Origin: an uncultured virus (IMG/VR IMGVR_UViG_3300033121_001780)
Lineage: Duplodnaviria > Heunggongvirae > Uroviricota > Caudoviricetes
Length of the DNA: 64,000 nt
IMG/VR virus record: IMGVR_UViG_3300033121_001780
Reading direction: 5' to 3' (one strand)
Shown here: positions 29,507 through 39,249 of the stretch, one piece after another
How the letters are laid out: every line of letters starts with the position of its first letter
Position numbering within the stretch: position 1 is the first letter of the stretch
Made by a program: the position numbers and the translations under genes
The notes under the pieces: model-generated
Told to the model about the DNA's origin: nothing
What the model saw: the letters and a program-made list of their open reading frames with translations, nothing else
Database searches by the model: none

Positions 29507-30979
29507 ATGTTTAATAAATTCTTACTTTTTTTACTAACTCTGTTAGCCGTGCCTAGCTTTTCACAAACTGCTAGTTTTGAATCCTACCTTTCTGGATTTA
29601 CCAATCCTGTGGATATTGCCAATTGTGGAGATAAAAGACTATTCATAGTAGAACGCGGTGGTCGAATTAAAATCGTTGAAAATGGACAAGTCTTGGCGAC
29701 TCCGTTTTTAGATATAACATCGCAAGTTAATAGTGGTGGCGGAGAACAAGGACTACTTGGGTTAACATTCCATCCATCATATTCATCAAATGGATTTTTC
29801 TATGTTTATTATTGTGCAGGTACAGGAAATGGAGAAACAAGAGTCTCTAGATTTACCGTTTCAGGCAATCAAAATGTTGCCAATGCGTCTTCACAAGTTA
29901 TTATGTGGTCATTAACACAACCATTCGGTAACCACAAGGGCGGAGATATTGATTTTGGTCCTGATGGGTTCTTATATTTCTCTCCGGGTAATGGTGGGGA
30001 CGGAGGTGATCCCGGAAACCGTGCTCAAAATATGACACTAGATTTTGGTAAAATTATTAGAATCAATCCACAACCAAATGGAACATATACAATTCCTCCA
30101 AGTAATCCATATGCAAATAACACAAATAATACCACGAAAAGGATTTGGGCTAGTGGTCTAAGGAACGCTTGGAGATTTGGATTTGATAGAGGAACTGGAG
30201 ATCTTTGGATTGCTGATGTTGGTCAAAACGCATGGGAAGTAGATGTGGTCCTTGCAGGAGATAATTCGGGTCCAAATTTTGGATGGCGGTGTTACGAGGG
30301 TTTTGTTGGGTATAATACAACTGGATGTCAATCAATAGGAAATTATGACTTTCCAGTTGTAGTTAAATCACACAATGATGGATTCTGTGCAATAATCGGA
30401 GGTCGAGTATATCGTGGACCAGACTATCCATCATTACAAGGACTGTATATTTACACAGATTATTGTGAAGGCCGATTACATGGAATAGGATCTGAAGATT
30501 ACCATACTGTTATTCTAAACACAAATGGCGTCCAAGGATTTACATCAATTGGTGAAGATATGTGTGGAGAACTATATGCTACAAACGATATAACTGGTCA
30601 ACTTTACAAAATCGTTGGCCCATATCTATGCCCAGAAGATGTAAATCGGGATGGAATCATAAAATACACGGGGTCTGGAAATGATAGGGATCCAATATTA
30701 GTAGCTGTTGGTGGATCGACTCCCAACAATTCAATTCCATGTGATTGCTGTACAGAGGATGTGACAGGCGACGGATTTGTTAAATATACCGGGTCTGGAA
30801 ATGATAGGGATCCAATATTAGTAGCTGTTGGTGGTTCAACTCCGAATAATACCGTTTCTTGCGTCGGACAAAATGGAATCATGTTAAATAACGAATCAAC
30901 ATTTGATATACCACCAATTGGTAAGATCAGAGTTGTGTTTGATAAAAACGGACCTAAGAAATACTATATCAATGAATGA
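29507..30979 (+). CDS. Secreted PQQ-dependent sugar dehydrogenase-like (GSDH) beta-propeller with duplicated dockerin-like C-terminal module
   Basis: Signal peptide; GEQGLLGLTFHP, NHKGG, FGPDG, GLRNAWR, ADVGQ, NFGW; EDVxxDGxxKYTGSGNDRDPIL x2. Confidence 0.85.
   Translation: MFNKFLLFLLTLLAVPSFSQTASFESYLSGFTNPVDIANCGDKRLFIVERGGRIKIVENGQVLATPFLDITSQVNSGGGEQGLLGLTFHPSYSSNGFFYVYYCAGTGNGETRVSRFTVSGNQNVANASSQVIMWSLTQPFGNHKGGDIDFGPDGFLYFSPGNGGDGGDPGNRAQNMTLDFGKIIRINPQPNGTYTIPPSNPYANNTNNTTKRIWASGLRNAWRFGFDRGTGDLWIADVGQNAWEVDVVLAGDNSGPNFGWRCYEGFVGYNTTGCQSIGNYDFPVVVKSHNDGFCAIIGGRVYRGPDYPSLQGLYIYTDYCEGRLHGIGSEDYHTVILNTNGVQGFTSIGEDMCGELYATNDITGQLYKIVGPYLCPEDVNRDGIIKYTGSGNDRDPILVAVGGSTPNNSIPCDCCTEDVTGDGFVKYTGSGNDRDPILVAVGGSTPNNTVSCVGQNGIMLNNESTFDIPPIGKIRVVFDKNGPKKYYINE
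30671..30834 (+). repeat. 44-bp exact direct repeat, 120-bp period
   Basis: GGGTCTGGAAATGATAGGGATCCAATATTAGTAGCTGTTGGTGG at 30671-30714 and 30791-30834. Confidence 0.9.
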
Positions 30980-31018
30980 GCTTTCCAAATTTGGAATTGA
31001 ATATTTTATATATAGGAC

Positions 31019-31222
31019 ATGAAGATATTGAGATACATAAAAAAAATTGAACAATTTTTTCAAGAATCAGTAATAGGTAAAGATATAGTCATTGTTAATC
31101 CACGTTTTGAAAAAAAGGAACAAGATCCAACAATGAATGAGAGGAAAATAGCCTCAGGAGATTCGCATATAGGTAAAGATGTAGTCATTGTTAATCCAGG
31201 AAATGATAAAATATATCTATAA
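31019..31222 (+). CDS. Small protein with N-terminal tag variant and internal repeat
   Basis: MKILRYIKKIEQFFQES; IGKD[IV]VIVNP x2; TATATATA 4 nt before ATG. Confidence 0.65.
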   Translation: MKILRYIKKIEQFFQESVIGKDIVIVNPRFEKKEQDPTMNERKIASGDSHIGKDVVIVNPGNDKIYL

Positions 31223-31236
31223 ATTGGCCAAAGAAG

Positions 31237-31617
31237 ATGCCAAGAACAAGAATAGACATAGACGATAGACGAATAAAAATTGATGTGATTGTGGCCAACA
31301 CATCAAATACATCAATGAATAATACATATTCAGCATTAATAGATACTGGATCTGTTGAAAGTTTAATATCAGAAAAAATAGTAAACGATTTGAAATTATC
31401 AAAATCTGGAGATTTTGTAACAATTGTTGACATGAATGGTAATGAAATAAAATCTGATAGATATAAGTGCTATATTTTGTTTAATGGACATACCAAAACA
31501 TTCGATATGAATATCGGCCTAATAAATAGAAAAGGATTGGATATAATCATAGGAATGGACATATTAGAATTGTCAGAGATTGATATTAAAAATGGAATAT
31601 TCACAATCTCAAGTTAG
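31237..31617 (+). CDS. Retropepsin-like aspartyl protease
   Basis: ALIDTGS and IIIGMDIL. Confidence 0.8.
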   Translation: MPRTRIDIDDRRIKIDVIVANTSNTSMNNTYSALIDTGSVESLISEKIVNDLKLSKSGDFVTIVDMNGNEIKSDRYKCYILFNGHTKTFDMNIGLINRKGLDIIIGMDILELSEIDIKNGIFTISS

Positions 31618-31675
31618 GTAATGACAATTTTGATTTGGCACGATTTTTGATATATATAGATTAAAAAAATAAAAT

Positions 31676-32080
31676 ATGAATACACTAAAACACAGAAATT
31701 CACTTACCTCCCATCCACTTCACGGACTATTTAATGATATTCTTGGAGTAGATACAAATACTCCAATGGTAAATATTAAAGAAACAGGATCTGAATTCAT
31801 TCTTGAAGTTTCAGCTCCGGGACATGATAAGGATAATTTCGATATAAATATCGAGAACAATGTTCTGATAATATCTAGTTCGGTAGAGAACAATAAATCC
31901 GAAAACGGTGAAAATTATACTCGCAGGGAATTCTACAAGTCTTCTTTTAGTAGAAGCTTTACCCTTCCAAAGAATGCAAATTCTGAAAGTATAAATGCAA
32001 CTTATGAAAATGGAATCTTGACTCTAAGTATTCCAAAATCGGAGCCTGTAAAGAAATCAAAACAGATCAAGGTAAAATAA
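31676..32080 (+). CDS. Hsp20 small heat-shock protein
   Basis: PMVNIKE, APG, RREF..SSFSRSFTLP, ATYENGILTLSIPK. Confidence 0.92.
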   Translation: MNTLKHRNSLTSHPLHGLFNDILGVDTNTPMVNIKETGSEFILEVSAPGHDKDNFDINIENNVLIISSSVENNKSENGENYTRREFYKSSFSRSFTLPKNANSESINATYENGILTLSIPKSEPVKKSKQIKVK

Positions 32081-32100
32081 TCTTGTCAAGGCGGTGAAGA

Positions 32101-32125
32101 GTCCATCAGAAATGGTGGATTTTTC
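32101..32125 (+). terminator. Intrinsic terminator
   Basis: GTCCATCA-GAAA-TGGTGGAT then T-run after Hsp20. Confidence 0.65.
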
Positions 32126-32274
32126 ATTTTATTATTCTTTTCATGTAAGTAGTTATTTCACCATAGATTCCACCAGACAGATCAAATTCTCCGTGTTCTA
32201 TATCTACGCTGTCTCCTAATTTACTTGTCCAATATTCTATATATTAGAATTTTTATCATATATTTGATAGGTTA

Positions 32275-32556
32275 ATGCAAAGAGAACCAATTTTACCAAA
32301 TTCTGATATATCTCATTGGATAGCTAGAGATATCCTAAAGGATCATTTTTATCCATACGATGCTGGCATTTCATATATGTCACACATGATTATAAATGGA
32401 GATATGCGAATTTCGTATATGGACAGAACAGGTGATATTATTGGATCGTGGTCAAATCGCCCAACAATGTATCTTAATGTTAAAGATATATACAACCATC
32501 CTGTTATACTTAGATATAATAGAGATTTGAAAATAGATCAGATTGAATTGACATGA
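32275..32556 (+). CDS. Hypothetical protein with C-terminal tag
   Basis: Ends YNRDLKIDQIELT; TATATTTG box at 32259-32266. Confidence 0.65.
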   Translation: MQREPILPNSDISHWIARDILKDHFYPYDAGISYMSHMIINGDMRISYMDRTGDIIGSWSNRPTMYLNVKDIYNHPVILRYNRDLKIDQIELT

Positions 32557-32934
32557 CACTTGTAGACGCATTTATTAAGGTCAGAGCTATCCATTTCCGC
32601 CATTTTCATACAAAAGAAATACAAAAATGATAATATTTTACCAAATAGCCTATGTGGTATTCATACAGGTCCACTAATAGAAGGTGAAATTCACAAAGAC
32701 GGATGGAAAAATATAACATATACATCATATTGGGAAATTCTCAGCAAAGAAAAATTCATAAATGATGCAATAAGAATGATGTCTTCTCTTAGAGATACAG
32801 ATAAGAATGATGGAGGTCCTGACGCCTACGTCTGTAAGAAAGTGCATAATATTTGCAAACTAATAGATTCAAATGAGGATTATCCTAAAGAATGGGCAGA
32901 AGAGATAATGAGCGTGTATAACGGATTAATATAA
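32553..32934 (+). pseudogene. Frameshifted hypothetical gene
   Basis: ATG 32553 (MTLVDAFIKV) then a long start-less frame (ELSISAIFIQKKYK...YNGLI*); shift near 32583. Confidence 0.4.
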
Positions 32935-32938
32935 ACAA

Positions 32939-33238
32939 ATGATAAAAATATCAAAATTGAAGAAATCATGTGGACAACAAGTAATTGTTCTTCATGACGA
33001 ATCATCATTAGATATTGATCCAGGAAAATTAGACTTTGATTTATTTGCATTTGCATATGATGATGAATATATCAGATGGAATCCAGATGCAGAACCATTT
33101 AGCTCACTAACAATAAGAGAATCAATACTCACCATAAAGTATCTCTTACAGTCTAGAAATCAAACTTCATTCGAAATTAAATCGTTAAGAATGATAACAT
33201 CATATCTGAGAGGTGATGCATTAGATGCGATCGTATGA
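32939..33238 (+). CDS. Hypothetical protein (paralogue of 34052..34375); degenerate tag
   Basis: VIVLHDES..YIRW; ends YLRGDALDAIV. Confidence 0.65.
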   Translation: MIKISKLKKSCGQQVIVLHDESSLDIDPGKLDFDLFAFAYDDEYIRWNPDAEPFSSLTIRESILTIKYLLQSRNQTSFEIKSLRMITSYLRGDALDAIV

Positions 33239-33319
33239 GAACTAAATCTGAAATAGATCAAATATTAGAGTTTACCGGATTTGTTAAAATCAATTGATCA
33301 AAAATAATAAAATAGAATT

Positions 33320-33619
33320 ATGGAGTTTAAAATAACAGATGATTTGGTTAAAGAAATAATAGACTATGAATATATGATTAGTCATATAGATGGTCCACTA
33401 GATAGTCCATGTATAAGCTATAAAGAAGATTCTGCTAATAATGGTCTTTTAATCGAATATCTAATAGACAGTCGTCAATCAAAAAATGAACCCATCATCA
33501 ATAACCCCAACTTCAAGATCATAAATCTCTATGTCTGGAATATCTATGATCATCCAACTGTCATCAATCACATGAAGCAGAAAGCGAGGCAAAAACAACT
33601 TGAAAGTATTTTAAGATGA
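33320..33619 (+). CDS. Hypothetical protein (paralogue of 32275..32556); degenerate tag
   Basis: IYDHP vs IYNHP; ends ARQKQLESILR. Confidence 0.65.
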   Translation: MEFKITDDLVKEIIDYEYMISHIDGPLDSPCISYKEDSANNGLLIEYLIDSRQSKNEPIINNPNFKIINLYVWNIYDHPTVINHMKQKARQKQLESILR

Positions 33620-33846
33620 AATCCAAATCAATATTCTTTATTTCTGTTGGATCTCTAAATCTTATACACGGATTGGTCCATCTTTTCCAATTTATTCAAT
33701 CTGCTTTCCTAATATCACATTCTTTTGATCGCGAGAATCATGGACTTTTAGATAGTCCATTTCTATCTATCATATGGGCAATAATTGGAATTGCCTCTCT
33801 AGTGATTGGAATTAAAGATTATAGACACCATAAAAAATGTCATTAA
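33616..33846 (+). CDS. Small two-TM membrane protein
   Basis: Two hydrophobic segments, His-rich tail. Confidence 0.6.
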   Translation: MKSKSIFFISVGSLNLIHGLVHLFQFIQSAFLISHSFDRENHGLLDSPFLSIIWAIIGIASLVIGIKDYRHHKKCH

Positions 33847-34015
33847 AACAATGTTTATAATACAATCTAAGATTTTTATTTTCTGGCATATTAATAATAA
33901 TACACATAATCGTAAACCTCCCACGATATTATCAATAGGACAATTAGAAAACATGTATCAAGAAATAAAGATAATTGAAAAGAGAAACACGAAAATCGAT
34001 GGGATATGTTCATAA
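33806..34015 (+). CDS. Hypothetical protein with C-terminal tag (likely start 33851)
   Basis: Ends EKRNTKIDGICS. Confidence 0.5.
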   Translation: MELKIIDTIKNVIKTMFIIQSKIFIFWHINNNTHNRKPPTILSIGQLENMYQEIKIIEKRNTKIDGICS

Positions 34016-34051
34016 TACAATCTTTAAGAGAACCGAAGGGAAATATGTAAG

Positions 34052-34375
34052 ATGTTACAAATTAAAAAAATACTAGATTCGATGGGTCGAACAATATGTA
34101 TACTACATGACGACACTCAAATAGATATATCAGAAATAAAAACCAGTCTATATTATCCAGACTCTAAATACGTCCTCAATGATAAACATGTTAGATGGAT
34201 AGATGATAGAATATCAATTTTTGAGATAAGGGATCGTCTTCAATCAAAACAGCCTCTCAAGGGATTAGACCCCAACACAAAAGGATATAAAAAGGTAGAA
34301 TATTTTGATGATGAGGCATTGAAAATGATTAAAAAGTACCTAAGAGACTCAAAAATCAGTGCAATAGTAGAATGA
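34052..34375 (+). CDS. Hypothetical protein with C-terminal tag
   Basis: Ends YLRDSKISAIVE. Confidence 0.7.
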   Translation: MLQIKKILDSMGRTICILHDDTQIDISEIKTSLYYPDSKYVLNDKHVRWIDDRISIFEIRDRLQSKQPLKGLDPNTKGYKKVEYFDDEALKMIKKYLRDSKISAIVE

Positions 34376-34382
34376 AGATCTC

Positions 34383-34667
34383 ATGAGGATAATAGATCAA
34401 CCAATGGAAGTTTATATTAAACCATATGGATCAGTTACATACTTGACCATCAAACACGATGGAGTATTCTATACTAGAAGTAATTACCACCGAGAAGATA
34501 GAATTGAATGGACCATCAACATAAAAAATAATCCTAAATCTAAATTATCTCACAAACTTCAAACACTGTCTGATTCGGGGGATAATTTAGAAAATCTATA
34601 TAAATCAATGGTCCGGAAAGAAAAAATTAACAAAATTATAAATGTGGATAGAAATACATGTTCCTAG
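34383..34667 (+). CDS. Hypothetical protein with C-terminal tag
   Basis: Ends MVRKEKINKIINVDRNTCS. Confidence 0.65.
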   Translation: MRIIDQPMEVYIKPYGSVTYLTIKHDGVFYTRSNYHREDRIEWTINIKNNPKSKLSHKLQTLSDSGDNLENLYKSMVRKEKINKIINVDRNTCS

Positions 34668-35100
34668 CAACCTAAAACATGTTCCTAGCAACCTAAAATA
34701 CTATGGACCCCAAGGAGCTTATGGCCACGGACCCCAAGGAGCTTATGGCCACTCATTTCATCCTTGGAATTTTTCTGGAGTATCTATAAAGGAAGTCAAT
34801 TGTTTTATATGGGGTCCAAAGTATTATTACACATCTAATTTGGAAGAAGATCTAACTCTAGTCAGATCCATACACCATACTGATAAACTAACTATTATAA
34901 ATTTTGCTACAAAGCGATATATCTACTATGAGAAATCAAATTCTCCGACAATAGAAGAATTGAAAGATATCTTCAAAGAAAATCAATTCGCTACTGTAAC
35001 AGGCACTCAAACTTCTAATAGAATGGTGGTCAATCATCCAGAAATAGATAAGATGATATCTGTTTTCAGAGAACTCAAAATAAATGAGATACTAGACTAA
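34642..35100 (+). CDS. Hypothetical protein with C-terminal tag and two tandem duplications
   Basis: Ends VFRELKINEILD; HVPSNLK x2, GPQGAYGH x2. Confidence 0.65.
   Translation: MWIEIHVPSNLKHVPSNLKYYGPQGAYGHGPQGAYGHSFHPWNFSGVSIKEVNCFIWGPKYYYTSNLEEDLTLVRSIHHTDKLTIINFATKRYIYYEKSNSPTIEELKDIFKENQFATVTGTQTSNRMVVNHPEIDKMISVFRELKINEILD
34656..34752 (+). repeat. Two perfect in-frame tandem duplications (21 bp x2; 24 bp x2)
   Basis: ACATGTTCCTAGCAACCTAAA 34656-34697; GGACCCCAAGGAGCTTATGGCCAC 34705-34752. Confidence 0.9.
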
Positions 35101-35443
35101 ATTGAAATCAATGTTGTTATATATACTAAAAACAGATATATAACTGTGCAAAAGAAATCGATATTTGAAGTAGTACAAAAACTAGAATCGGAAAGAAAAC
35201 AAAGGCTTCTAAAAGATCAAGAGATCGAAAGATGAATATTTCAGAAAGGGATCTATATTCATTTGAATCATCATTATATAGGCACTGGACCAACGAATTT
35301 AAAAATAGGAGAATTATACTAAGCTATGGATTTGGGCTCAAATATGAAGATTTAGGTAGATCATCAAATGACCCACTAATTAGAATGAGCGAAAGAATTC
35401 AAAAGTATTTTCAAAATTAAAATTACATTGTTCGGAAATTTCT

Positions 35444-35881
35444 TCACATTTGCTTTCCTTCCCAATTGCGATATGTGCCTAAAACTATAATCCCAATGAT
35501 AGCAAATCCGCCAAATCCTACCCATTTAAATAGGGCATTTTCATTCCAATGCACGAATGAGTATATAGACATAGCAGATAAAAGTACAGCAGCAAGCAAA
35601 AGAGGTATCATTGAATTGTGACCACATTTCCATTCTCCGTAAGGATCTTTATAGCTGATAAATTCACCAAATGTCATTTTTCTAAGCTCTGGCTCACTAA
35701 CTTTCTTTATTGTTCTGTTCTTAAAAAAAACTACATCATAGAACATGTTTTTACTATCATTATGTAATTGATTCCCCCTGTAGTACATAGAATCTATAAT
35801 TCCAACCCTATATATTGGGTGGTAGACTAGTGATCCTGTGTCATATTTTGAATCACGATATGATAAGTCAGTATTTTCCAT
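35444..35881 (-). CDS. Membrane protein (SH3-like N-terminus, two C-terminal TMs)
   Basis: GSLVYHPIYRVGII; hydrophobic C-terminus; AATATATA 4 nt before ATG. Confidence 0.6.
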   Translation of the reverse strand: MENTDLSYRDSKYDTGSLVYHPIYRVGIIDSMYYRGNQLHNDSKNMFYDVVFFKNRTIKKVSEPELRKMTFGEFISYKDPYGEWKCGHNSMIPLLLAAVLLSAMSIYSFVHWNENALFKWVGFGGFAIIGIIVLGTYRNWEGKQM

Positions 35882-35959
35882 AATGTATATATTAAATAAA
35901 AAACCTCAATTTTTCCAACTTTATAATCAAATTCTTATATTTGATATCAATTCTATCTT

Positions 35960-36208
35960 ATGGAAAAATCTGAACTGGACATATTGAATTCTGGTGAGGC
36001 AATTGTTCTATCTAAAAGTACATCCGGATATAAAATCGGTGATGTTTTCTATTTTTCGTCAATTCATCGAGTTGCAAATACGGAAGAAAGGATGATTGAT
36101 CTTGCATATAATGGTACTCTTGTTTCAAGCATGGAGAAATTCTTTATTGAATATTTCGATACATTTCGAGGATTTCGTCAAAAGAAAATTGACAACATCA
36201 TAGAATGA
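35960..36208 (+). CDS. Hypothetical protein with C-terminal tag
   Basis: Ends GFRQKKIDNIIE; TATATTTG at 35936-35943. Confidence 0.7.
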   Translation: MEKSELDILNSGEAIVLSKSTSGYKIGDVFYFSSIHRVANTEERMIDLAYNGTLVSSMEKFFIEYFDTFRGFRQKKIDNIIE

Positions 36209-36492
36209 TTCCATTCTTGGACATACCAAATCTTGCAAGGGGAGAAATTCTAATATATTCAAAATTTCCTACTATGTTTTGGATGCAAAAATTTTTCTCT
36301 CGATGGAAATTTGAAATTGGTGATGAATTTGAATTCCATTCATATAAGGGTCGAGATAAGATAAGTCTAATATACGAGAAGAAAGATAGATCAATGAAGA
36401 GAAGAATAATTTTCACAGAAGAAGAAATATATGAATGCTTTGATACTAAAAAATCATTTAGGAATAAGATATTACATTATATTCTAAGTTAA
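36205..36492 (+). CDS. Hypothetical protein; degenerate tag
   Basis: Ends SFRNKILHYILS; FEIGDEF resembles YKIGDVF of the previous ORF. Confidence 0.6.
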   Translation: MIPFLDIPNLARGEILIYSKFPTMFWMQKFFSRWKFEIGDEFEFHSYKGRDKISLIYEKKDRSMKRRIIFTEEEIYECFDTKKSFRNKILHYILS

Positions 36493-36551
36493 TATAGATT
36501 ATGAAAACTTCTTATTTTTAAATAGTATAACGTTACTTAAACTTAATATAA

Positions 36552-37240
36552 ATGAAAAGAGTCCTAATACCGTGGAGCGGTGGAGTTGATTCGACGTATC
36601 TAATTTACAAAAATCTTAAAGAAGGCAATGAGGTAGGCCGTTTAGCGTCCTACTTAATAACAATCCCAATCAAAGGGATCGAGAGATTAAATCCCGTGAT
36701 ATTTTAGGAAAATACTTCAAAGAAAAATATCCCGATCTCTTTCGAGAGGGATATAATAAAAATGCTATCGAAGTGGATAGCGGATGCAACATGATACTAT
36801 CCCAACCTCCATTGTGGATTCTATTTTCACAATATATCGTTGATTTTCAAATAGATGAGATCCAAATCGGATACATCATGAACGATGATGCAATTTCCTA
36901 TTTGGAAGATGTTAGAAATCTATACGACGCCTACAAACCATTCATCGTTGCGAATAGACCAAAATTGGAATTTCCACTTACAAAGATGAAAAAGAGGGAT
37001 ATCTTAAACCAACTACCAGAATTCATTGTTAAGAATATCTCATATTGTGAACTTTATGATGAGAAGAATTGTAAATGTGAATCATGCAAAAAGCACAGAG
37101 ACGAATTAAATTGCAGTAACCACTACCATCTTGCGCACGATAACATTAAATGTGAAAAAATGGACTATGTAACTGATTCTGAAGTTAAAGTGAAGAAGCC
37201 AATCGAAGTACAATTGGAATTAGAATTCTCAAAAAATTAA
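36552..37240 (+). pseudogene. QueC-like PP-loop ATPase, frameshifted near 36635
   Basis: MKRVLIPWSGGVDSTYL in one frame; the rest (PFSVLLNNN...FPLTKMKKRDI..ISYCE..CKCESC) in the track ORF frame. Confidence 0.65.
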
Positions 37241-37242
37241 AA

Positions 37243-37455
37243 ATGCCTTATATTAGCGCACAAGATTTTATAACTATGGAAGACGGAGATGCCCCACAAC
37301 CACCACCTGATAGATTTATAAAAGAGGGAGTTGGAGTCTTCTGTAAAAGATGTGGATCAACCAAATCACGAACTTGGATGTTCGGAAGCAGAAAATGTGA
37401 TAATCCGAAATGTTTCGGAGATAGAGACTCCAAAATAGATCAGATATTGGGATGA
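37243..37455 (+). CDS. Small Zn-ribbon protein with C-terminal tag
   Basis: CKRC...CDNPKC; ends GDRDSKIDQILG. Confidence 0.7.
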   Translation: MPYISAQDFITMEDGDAPQPPPDRFIKEGVGVFCKRCGSTKSRTWMFGSRKCDNPKCFGDRDSKIDQILG

Positions 37456-37799
37456 TTGGATTAACAATTGACGAGGAATATAGAGCAGTTCTTCAGGAAT
37501 GTTTCTTTATATCTAAGCCTGATGAGTGGTTTATAGAGGGTCTAGAAGCGGATCTAGAAACTCTTTATTCTCCATATAAAAATGGGGATACATTCAATAG
37601 TAATAATGCTATTATGAGGGGATTGACATTAGAGACATGTGATGGATGCAAAGATGATATTCCCAGAGTTGATGGGGAAGGATGTCCGTTGACAGAATTT
37701 GAAATCTATGATAAATGGGGAAATGAGATATCCGAATTGACATTAAATGAATACAAATCTCTATTAAGAGAAAAGAAAATTGATCACATTCTTCCATGA
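37452..37799 (+). CDS. Hypothetical protein with C-terminal tag
   Basis: Ends LLREKKIDHILP. Confidence 0.7.
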   Translation: MIGLTIDEEYRAVLQECFFISKPDEWFIEGLEADLETLYSPYKNGDTFNSNNAIMRGLTLETCDGCKDDIPRVDGEGCPLTEFEIYDKWGNEISELTLNEYKSLLREKKIDHILP

Positions 37800-38131
37800 G
37801 TTATAAAATTCTTAGAATGAATTTGGATTCAAGTCAGTGGAATGAAATAACACCAACTGAATTCCGATCAGACATGAAAAGATATACTCAATCGAGTATA
37901 TATGAACAAGATTACTATGAACATGTTAAAAGAATTGAGAGAGAAGGAGGATCATTCTTTACTCCTAGGCCAAAATTCAATGCTCCTAATTTAACATTTC
38001 TTATGTGGGATGAAGATAGAATCGGTATGAAAAATATTGCTGATCTTAATCCAAGTGATAAGCGGATTCCGATAATTAGATCTTATATGGTGTCTATATC
38101 TAGAAAGGAAAAAATAGACTCAATTTTATGA
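37796..38131 (+). CDS. Hypothetical protein with C-terminal tag
   Basis: Ends ISRKEKIDSIL. Confidence 0.7.
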   Translation: MSYKILRMNLDSSQWNEITPTEFRSDMKRYTQSSIYEQDYYEHVKRIEREGGSFFTPRPKFNAPNLTFLMWDEDRIGMKNIADLNPSDKRIPIIRSYMVSISRKEKIDSIL

Positions 38132-38334
38132 AAAAAGTCTTGTGTATAGAGCCCTATGGACCCTGTAAAGTAGGAAATTGGTATAAACTAGATTATGAAA
38201 CAACATCTGAATGGACAATAATTTTGCCTCCCGATAGCATATCTATATACACTTCCATGAAAGTTCCTAGACATTGCTTTAAGAGTGAGTCTGAGATTCG
38301 AGATTCAAAAATAGGCGGTATACTATCCGACTAA
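38128..38334 (+). CDS. Hypothetical protein with C-terminal tag
   Basis: Ends EIRDSKIGGILSD. Confidence 0.7.
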   Translation: MKKVLCIEPYGPCKVGNWYKLDYETTSEWTIILPPDSISIYTSMKVPRHCFKSESEIRDSKIGGILSD

Positions 38335-38724
38335 TTCCAGATTATAACTAATTATACTACCAAAGAATTTCAAAAATATTTTAGAATATTCTTCGTTGAG
38401 CCTGTCTAATATTTCATTAAATGTGTCGTCATTCAATCTCTCAAAAATAATTTCAACAGATATGGGAGTATCTTTCCAATCATAAAAACTACTACACTCT
38501 AAAGATTTTTCGACATCATCAGAAATAACAACAATATTGGAATCAATTTCTCCTTGTGTTCGTCTTGTATGATTTATATTAACATTTGCAATTCTTACAA
38601 TATATTCACTATCGTCTCTATAAGGAATTAGAATATCGTTGATATTCTTAAGCATTTCTATTAATTCTAGATTACTAACCTCAACATCCTCATTAAACTT
38701 TCGAAGGTATTTCGTTATAACCAT
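38323..38724 (-). CDS. Hypothetical protein with N-terminal tag
   Basis: MVITKYLRKFNED. Confidence 0.7.
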   Translation of the reverse strand: MVITKYLRKFNEDVEVSNLELIEMLKNINDILIPYRDDSEYIVRIANVNINHTRRTQGEIDSNIVVISDDVEKSLECSSFYDWKDTPISVEIIFERLNDDTFNEILDRLNEEYSKIFLKFFGSIISYNLELVG

Positions 38725-39016
38725 ATATATATTATTTTACATGGAACTAAGAAATTTTGTAAGATCATTCATAACCCAGATATTCAATATTTTCATGTGC
38801 TTTCTGATGATGTGTTTATCCATACATCTTGACATGAAAGTTGCTCCAATTTTGTTTGCTGTGGCTGTGTGGTGTGGATTACAAGACGCATTCTGGTCAA
38901 CTGCTAGAAAGGAGGGAAGTAGAAGAGCACAATTTGAATTTTGGTTCTATCATATAGTCCGGATGTGGATATATTCTTTAGGATTCCTTTCGTTTGCTAT
39001 TGAATATTTCATATGA
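38639..39016 (+). CDS. Membrane protein (likely start 38741, MELRNF)
   Basis: Three hydrophobic segments. Confidence 0.55.
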   Translation: MIFLSISINSRLLTSTSSLNFRRYFVITIYILFYMELRNFVRSFITQIFNIFMCFLMMCLSIHLDMKVAPILFAVAVWCGLQDAFWSTARKEGSRRAQFEFWFYHIVRMWIYSLGFLSFAIEYFI

Positions 39017-39249
39017 GCCCACTACTATCCAGAATAGTATGTATTGAAGATTCCTATCCAGTGGGATTTATTAGAGAGGGGAAAACATTCATAATAAGTA
39101 AAGGAACAATAATAGAAAAATACAGTGTTATGACAATTGGAGATTTGTTTAATCTAACTGATCAAGTGATTCTATCAATAAACGGGTCAAAAGATTTCAT
39201 GGTCTTTGAGGATTGGAGAAATCACAAAATAGATACAATATTAGAATGA
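39013..39249 (+). CDS. Hypothetical protein with C-terminal tag
   Basis: Ends DWRNHKIDTILE. Confidence 0.7.
   Translation: MSPLLSRIVCIEDSYPVGFIREGKTFIISKGTIIEKYSVMTIGDLFNLTDQVILSINGSKDFMVFEDWRNHKIDTILE

Noticed and set aside
30671..34752. Direct repeats as a CRISPR array
   Set aside because: Only two copies each, in-frame within ORFs, with no repeat-spacer series and no cas genes.
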